Below are positions 54,149 through 58,510 of a DNA stretch of 58,510 nt, in pieces. The first letter of the stretch is position 1. Each line of letters begins with the position of its first letter. The position numbers were made by a program, and so were the translations under genes. Under the pieces are notes generated by a model that was given only the letters and a program-made list of their open reading frames with translations, was not told the DNA's origin and ran no database searches. Source of the DNA: Bdellovibrionota bacterium (lineage in GTDB: Bacteria; Bdellovibrionota_C; UBA2361; JBIIDM01). The stretch spans positions 1 through 58,510 of the forward strand of contig JBIIDM010000003.1 in assembly GCA_044238365.1 (NCBI GenBank). Direction: 5' to 3'.

Positions 54149-55111
54149 ATGAATGGGCCCACACATTTGTCAGTTGTTATACCGTGTTACAATGAAGAGG
54201 CGGTGCTGCCTTTCTTGTTTGGGCGGATGCACGAGGTTCTGGGAGCGTTAAAGTGTCCCTATGAAGTTATACTTGTGGACGATGGGAGTCGGGATCGCAC
54301 ACGGGAGATATTACTTACGCAAAGTCAGCAGGACCCTCGCATTAGGGTGGTGGCGCTTTCGCGCAACTTCGGCCATCAGGGTGCTCTGACCGCCGGACTC
54401 GATTATGCCCGGGGAGAAGTAGTGCTCATTATGGATGCTGATTTGCAGGATCCCCCGGAGCTGCTTCCAAAAATGCTAGAGAAGTGGCGGGAGGGGTTTG
54501 ACGTGGTGTATGGCCAGAGAAGTGCCCGGATGGGGGAGTCGTGGTTTAAACGTTCGTGCGCGTTTCTCTTCTACCGGATATTTGAGCGCATTATCGGTAT
54601 AAAGGTTCCCCGGGATACAGGTGATTTTCGCCTTCTCGATCGGCGGGCGGCCAAGGGTCTTGCGGCGCTACGTGAGCCCCACCGCTTCGTGCGAGGGCTG
54701 GTGGCATGGGTCGGCTTTCGACAAACACCGGTCATGTACGAGCGGCCCAACCGGGAGCATGGCGAGACAAAGTATCCCTTCAAGAAGTCCCTATTTCTGG
54801 CAGTTGATGCCATTACGTCATTTTCCTACGCGCCGCTGCGGATGGCAACGTACCTCGGCGTGGCCATTTCTGGTTTTGCCTTTGTGTACATTGCAATTGT
54901 TCTTTTTCTGAAGATCCTAATCTGGTGGGGGCTGGAAATAGAAGAAACGCCTGGCTATACCTCGTTAATGGCGTGTGTTTTGTTGTTGGGAGGTGTTCAG
55001 CTGATCTTTCTGGGGCTGATCGGCGAGTATGTTGGCAGGATTTTCGAGCAGGGGCAGAATCGTCCTTTGTACCTTCTTGATGAAGTGACGCAACCACCGC
55101 CATTGGATTAG
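54149..55111 (+). CDS. GT2 polyprenyl-phosphate glycosyltransferase (ArnC/GtrB/DPM1-like)
   Basis: LSVVIPCYNEE, VLIMDADLQDPPE and two C-terminal TM helices. The ATG at 54149 is preferred, and the ORF is open from 54050. Confidence 0.8.
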   Translation: MNGPTHLSVVIPCYNEEAVLPFLFGRMHEVLGALKCPYEVILVDDGSRDRTREILLTQSQQDPRIRVVALSRNFGHQGALTAGLDYARGEVVLIMDADLQDPPELLPKMLEKWREGFDVVYGQRSARMGESWFKRSCAFLFYRIFERIIGIKVPRDTGDFRLLDRRAAKGLAALREPHRFVRGLVAWVGFRQTPVMYERPNREHGETKYPFKKSLFLAVDAITSFSYAPLRMATYLGVAISGFAFVYIAIVLFLKILIWWGLEIEETPGYTSLMACVLLLGGVQLIFLGLIGEYVGRIFEQGQNRPLYLLDEVTQPPPLD

Positions 55112-55274
55112 CGCGGATTATTCACGAGCCCGCACCACCAGAAGAGTGGCTAGGGCACCCTTTCGACAAAATCGTTGCCACATTGGTAAGTGGCAGCGTT
55201 AATTCCTCCCAAATGTTCCGCTTACCATGCGGTGCCCGAGTTTCTAAGTGCTCTGGTCTCGTGTTTAATGTGAT
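55112..55274. mobile_element. Family D element, degenerate copy D4
   Basis: Left TIR cgcggattattcacgagcccgcaccacc starts immediately after TTAG, whose TAG is the GT2 stop. The right TIR is only ~13/19 conserved (gtctcgtgtttaatgtgat). Confidence 0.45.
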
Positions 55275-55315
55275 TTCAGTTGCTTACCCTTGCTTTTACA
55301 AGAACTTTGGTTATG

Positions 55316-55492
55316 AACCTGAGTTCGACGTAAGAACTGCGGTAAATGGCTGAGATTACTTCATCCACTTCGTTGCGAATGATATAAAATGCTCGACGTA
55401 GCAAGCTGTCAGCCTGCGCTTTTATATCATTCGCGCCTTGTGTCTAAAGCAATTTCAACCATGTACCTTTGTTCTTACGTCGAACTCAGGTT
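55316..55492 (-). mobile_element. Family A MITE, full copy A10 (177 bp)
   Basis: TIRs and interior as A4. Flanked by ATG/ATG. Abuts a B-family end fragment. Confidence 0.9.
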
Positions 55493-55519
55493 ATGACTTT
55501 TTAGAACGGAGCGGGTATA
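55493..55519 (-). mobile_element. Family B terminal fragment (B5)
   Basis: atgactttttagaacggagcgggtata is the reverse complement of the tatacc..ttc..aaaaagtcat end of B2/B4. Confidence 0.45.
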
Positions 55520-55598
55520 GTCGGCAGGTTCGCCCAAGTTAGCTCTGACGAGCAATAACAGCGGTCTAAAATCGTTTATATTTTTCTAGGAATGTGTT

Positions 55599-56564
55599 TT
55601 GTCGAGTTTAAAAAAATACTTGAGACGTTACGGAGGATTCGTTGTAAGTGCAGTTTTTATCTATTACATTCTGTTTCACTCGGGTGTTTCATTCAGCGAT
55701 TTTAGGGAGAACATTCGACGCGTTGCTTTCAGTGATGTGTGTATATTAGCGTTTCTCTATCTTGTGCCTTACCCTATCAGAGCCTGGCGAGCCTGCATAT
55801 TATTGCCGCGTCTCAAATTTCCGATTTCACTCGGGGGCGTTTTCGTCGGTTATGCCGCAAATAACGTCTTACCCTTTCGGCTTGGCGAAGTGGTGCGTGC
55901 GCAGGTCGTCGGGAAATATACAGGGGAGAAGCGCAGTCTAGTTTTGTCGAGTGTCTTGATCGAACGTGTTTTTGATGGCTTTGCAATCGTGTTGCTTCTC
56001 TTTTTAGGGGCCCGCTCATTGGAATTGCCAGCATGGGCGGTCCAGGCCCGCATTTTTGGGATTGCACTCTTCTCATCGGCAATACTTGGTGTCTTTCTGT
56101 CAGGTTGGGTGGCACCATTACTTACCAGGATGATTCACATTTGCCTGCCCTGGCCACCGTTGCAAGATTTTGCTTTGGGAATTTTGGAGGGAATGAAGCT
56201 GGTAACTCGCGATTTAAAGTCGGGTGTAGCCATACTTGCACTTTCATTTGTAATTTGGGGTCTTGAAGGTGGTATGTATTGGTACGGCTTCCATGCGTTC
56301 AACATTGATGGGTCGTTGTATCAGGCACTCTTTGTATTAGGTATAGTAAACCTAGGTGTGCTTCTTCCCTCTTCTCCTGGATTTGTCGGTGTTTTTGAGG
56401 CATTTTGCGTAAAATCTCTTGCGGTTATTCATGTTGATACCGCCGTCGGCTTGGCATATGGGGTCGTTCTGCATCTATTGCAATATATACCAGTGACCAT
56501 AATTGGTTTTATTTATATTTACCGCTATGGCATTAAAGTGCGCCAGGTAGCTGAAACGGAGTAG
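55599..56564 (+). CDS. Flippase-like membrane protein (LPG_synthase_TM / UPF0104 family)
   Basis: 8 predicted TM helices, RAWRACILL and NNVLPFRLGEVVRA motifs. TTG start, therefore uncertain. Confidence 0.55.
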   Translation: MSSLKKYLRRYGGFVVSAVFIYYILFHSGVSFSDFRENIRRVAFSDVCILAFLYLVPYPIRAWRACILLPRLKFPISLGGVFVGYAANNVLPFRLGEVVRAQVVGKYTGEKRSLVLSSVLIERVFDGFAIVLLLFLGARSLELPAWAVQARIFGIALFSSAILGVFLSGWVAPLLTRMIHICLPWPPLQDFALGILEGMKLVTRDLKSGVAILALSFVIWGLEGGMYWYGFHAFNIDGSLYQALFVLGIVNLGVLLPSSPGFVGVFEAFCVKSLAVIHVDTAVGLAYGVVLHLLQYIPVTIIGFIYIYRYGIKVRQVAETE

Positions 56565-56574
56565 TGGAGAAGTA

Positions 56575-58215
56575 ATGATGGAAGTTGAAAAGAATCGAAT
56601 CTCCCTGGAGCGAGCCCGCAGACGTACATTTGCCATAATTAGCCACCCCGATGCCGGTAAGACAACGCTGACCGAAAAGCTGTTACTATATTCGGGAATG
56701 CTGCGAACAGCTGGAATGGTGCGAGGTCGGAAGGGCAGCCGAGCAGCCGCGTCGGACTGGATGGCTATGGAGCAGGAGCGTGGAATTTCGATTACTGCGT
56801 CTGCCATGCAGTTCCCCTATAAGGGAACGTTGGTCAACGTCCTTGACACTCCTGGTCACCAAGACTTCAGTGAAGATACGTATCGGACACTGACGGCTGC
56901 TGATAGCGTTATTATGGTTATCGATGCGGGAAAAGGCGTTGAGGAACAGACGCGTAAACTATTTAAAGTATGCCGCATGCGCGATATACCAATTTTAACA
57001 TTTGTTAATAAATTGGATCAGCCGGCCTTAGACAGGTTTAACCTCCTCGCGGAGCTGGAAGAGGTGCTTGGTATTAGTGCAGTAGCGTACAACTGGCCGA
57101 TTGGTCACGGTCGTGACTTTCAGGGCATTGTGACATTAAAGGGGCAAAGTGAATCTCAAGACGTGCATTTATTCCAGCGGGGTGGGCCCGGAGGTTCTGA
57201 GCGAATCGCCGCCGATGTGTTGCCTTTGGAAGCTGCAATTTCGTCGGGGCGGATACCGGCAGACCTTGTTCCGACCCTTCGAGATGAACTTGAATTAATT
57301 GAGGGAGCAGGCACCGATTTTGATCGAGCGTTGTACTTAAAGGGGCTTCAGACTCCGGTATTCTTTGGGTCGGCGTTGACTAACTTTGGCGTAGAAGTTT
57401 TATTTGATAACTTTGTGGAGTTGGCTCCCGCGCCTCATCCGTTTGAGGTCCTGGTTACCGATGACGCGCAAAAGCCGACAGGTGAACGCATTGTGGTAGA
57501 TCCCGATACAGTGCCTTTTTCAGGATTTGTATTTAAGATTCAGGCAAATATGAATCCAAAGCACCGTGATAGTATGGCCTTTATGCGCGTCTGCTCTGGT
57601 GCTTTTGAACGTGATATGCAGATCGTGCACCATGGATCTGGAAAAAAGGTTCGATTGTCTCGTTCATACGCTATGAAGGCGAATGAACGAGATACCATCG
57701 ATGATGCTTATCCGGGTGATATCATCGGGGTAATAAACCCAGGCGCATTCAAGATTGGCGATACCGTTTCAGCCACTGGAGAGCACTTCATCTTTCCACC
57801 AATGCCCCAGTTTCCACCAGAAGTAGTTGCTCGGATTCGTCCGAAAGATGTTCTAAAACTTAAGAGTTTTCATAAAGGAATCCAACAGTTGTGCAGTGAA
57901 GGGGCGGTGCAGTTCCTGCGTGCATACAAAGATCCCGAGGGTCCCCCTTATGTAGCGGCAGTAGGTCGGTTACAATTCGATGTGTTGCAGCATCGTCTGC
58001 TCAATGAATATAACGTAGAAACCGTATTAGATGTCCTCTCATATCGACTCAGCTTCTATCTGAAGGGTGATCCTGCTACTCTCCGGCTTTCGGGAGGCGC
58101 AACCCTTGCGCTTGATGTGGCCGATCGCGTGGTGCTGCTCTGTAGTAATGATTGGGAAGTTCGTTATTTAAGAGAACATAATCAGAAGCATGAGTTAATG
58201 GAGTTTCTGGGATAG
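56575..58215 (+). CDS. prfC: Peptide chain release factor 3
   Basis: RRTFAIISHPDAGKTTLTEKLLL, DTPGHQDF, NKLD; 546 aa; GGAGA RBS. Confidence 0.93.
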   Translation: MMEVEKNRISLERARRRTFAIISHPDAGKTTLTEKLLLYSGMLRTAGMVRGRKGSRAAASDWMAMEQERGISITASAMQFPYKGTLVNVLDTPGHQDFSEDTYRTLTAADSVIMVIDAGKGVEEQTRKLFKVCRMRDIPILTFVNKLDQPALDRFNLLAELEEVLGISAVAYNWPIGHGRDFQGIVTLKGQSESQDVHLFQRGGPGGSERIAADVLPLEAAISSGRIPADLVPTLRDELELIEGAGTDFDRALYLKGLQTPVFFGSALTNFGVEVLFDNFVELAPAPHPFEVLVTDDAQKPTGERIVVDPDTVPFSGFVFKIQANMNPKHRDSMAFMRVCSGAFERDMQIVHHGSGKKVRLSRSYAMKANERDTIDDAYPGDIIGVINPGAFKIGDTVSATGEHFIFPPMPQFPPEVVARIRPKDVLKLKSFHKGIQQLCSEGAVQFLRAYKDPEGPPYVAAVGRLQFDVLQHRLLNEYNVETVLDVLSYRLSFYLKGDPATLRLSGGATLALDVADRVVLLCSNDWEVRYLREHNQKHELMEFLG

Positions 58216-58255
58216 GGAGCTCCAGTTTTTGCCCGTTTAGACCTTGAACTGGTCG

Positions 58256-58510
58256 ATGGCGATATTTGCGCTTAATATTTGGTACCGGACTGTGGGTGAT
58301 GATAGAGACTACTATGGCGAGAAAGTAGTTGACCTTATGGATGGTCAGGCTGTTTTTCCCGGTCAACAGGATGGCGAACGTATTCTTTACGTAATCCGGG
58401 TTCATCCATTGCTACTTGTTTTCCGCCTCCTAAGGGGTGTTATTCTGTTCGCGCTTTTCTGCGCCGCCTGGTACCGAGGGGGGTCAGTTATCACAGCTGC
58501 AACACCGGGT
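58256..58510 (+). CDS. Partial CDS (5' part), membrane protein possibly of the bacterial PH (YdbT-like) type
   Basis: Open frame from ATG 58256 to the window end (MAIFALNIWYRTVGDDRDYYGEKVVDLMDGQAVFPGQQDGERILYVIRVHPLLLVFRLLRGVILFALF..). Absent from the ORF track because it has no stop. Confidence 0.35.
   Translation, partial: MAIFALNIWYRTVGDDRDYYGEKVVDLMDGQAVFPGQQDGERILYVIRVHPLLLVFRLLRGVILFALFCAAWYRGGSVITAATPG

Noticed and set aside
4815-55492. Possibility that the recurring ~22-34-bp palindromic units or the 18-bp repeats represent CRISPR arrays
   Set aside because: Family A copies are dispersed kilobases apart with conserved interiors. The 18-bp units are contiguous with no spacers. No cas genes are present.
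58076-58405. 109-aa minus-strand ORF at the prfC 3' end
   Set aside because: It overlaps prfC and the plus-strand partial ORF, and the translation is not protein-like.

Overview
58.5-kb chromosomal segment of a Gram-negative bacterium (lpxD, opgGH, prfC, purN, folE-folB-folK). Spot counts of single 60-nt lines put bulk G+C near 47%. About 40 credible CDSs: a folate operon, periplasmic-glucan synthesis (opgGH), a leucine-catabolism cluster (ivd, MCCase beta, hydratase, a split MCCase alpha) with further acyl-CoA genes, two large secreted Thr/Pro-linker proteins, a DEAD-box helicase, envelope glycoconjugate genes and an MthK-like channel/RCK operon. No rRNA, tRNA, CRISPR array, intact transposase, prophage or canonical defence or secretion system was seen. 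The main unexplained signal is non-coding. At least six families of MITE-like palindromic elements (named A-F here) fill most intergenic regions, by my rough tally about 3 kb or 5% of the window. They are nested in each other and show readable target-site duplications: 3 bp for A, TAA for E, CTAA/YTAG for D, TA for C. Several sit exactly on stop codons or abut or overlap gene starts. Other candidates: a compositional mosaic at 24.9-29.3 kb (a low-GC AAA+/PD-(D/E)xK gene beside a roughly 63% GC P-type ATPase carrying a truncated alcohol-dehydrogenase fragment); a four-gene operon encoding a channel with a degenerate selectivity filter and two free-standing RCK paralogues; an 18-bp x5 tandem repeat in a divergent promoter; and two low-complexity 'effector-like' orphan proteins. 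All repeat coordinates, mismatch counts and GC values were read by eye and need computational confirmation.
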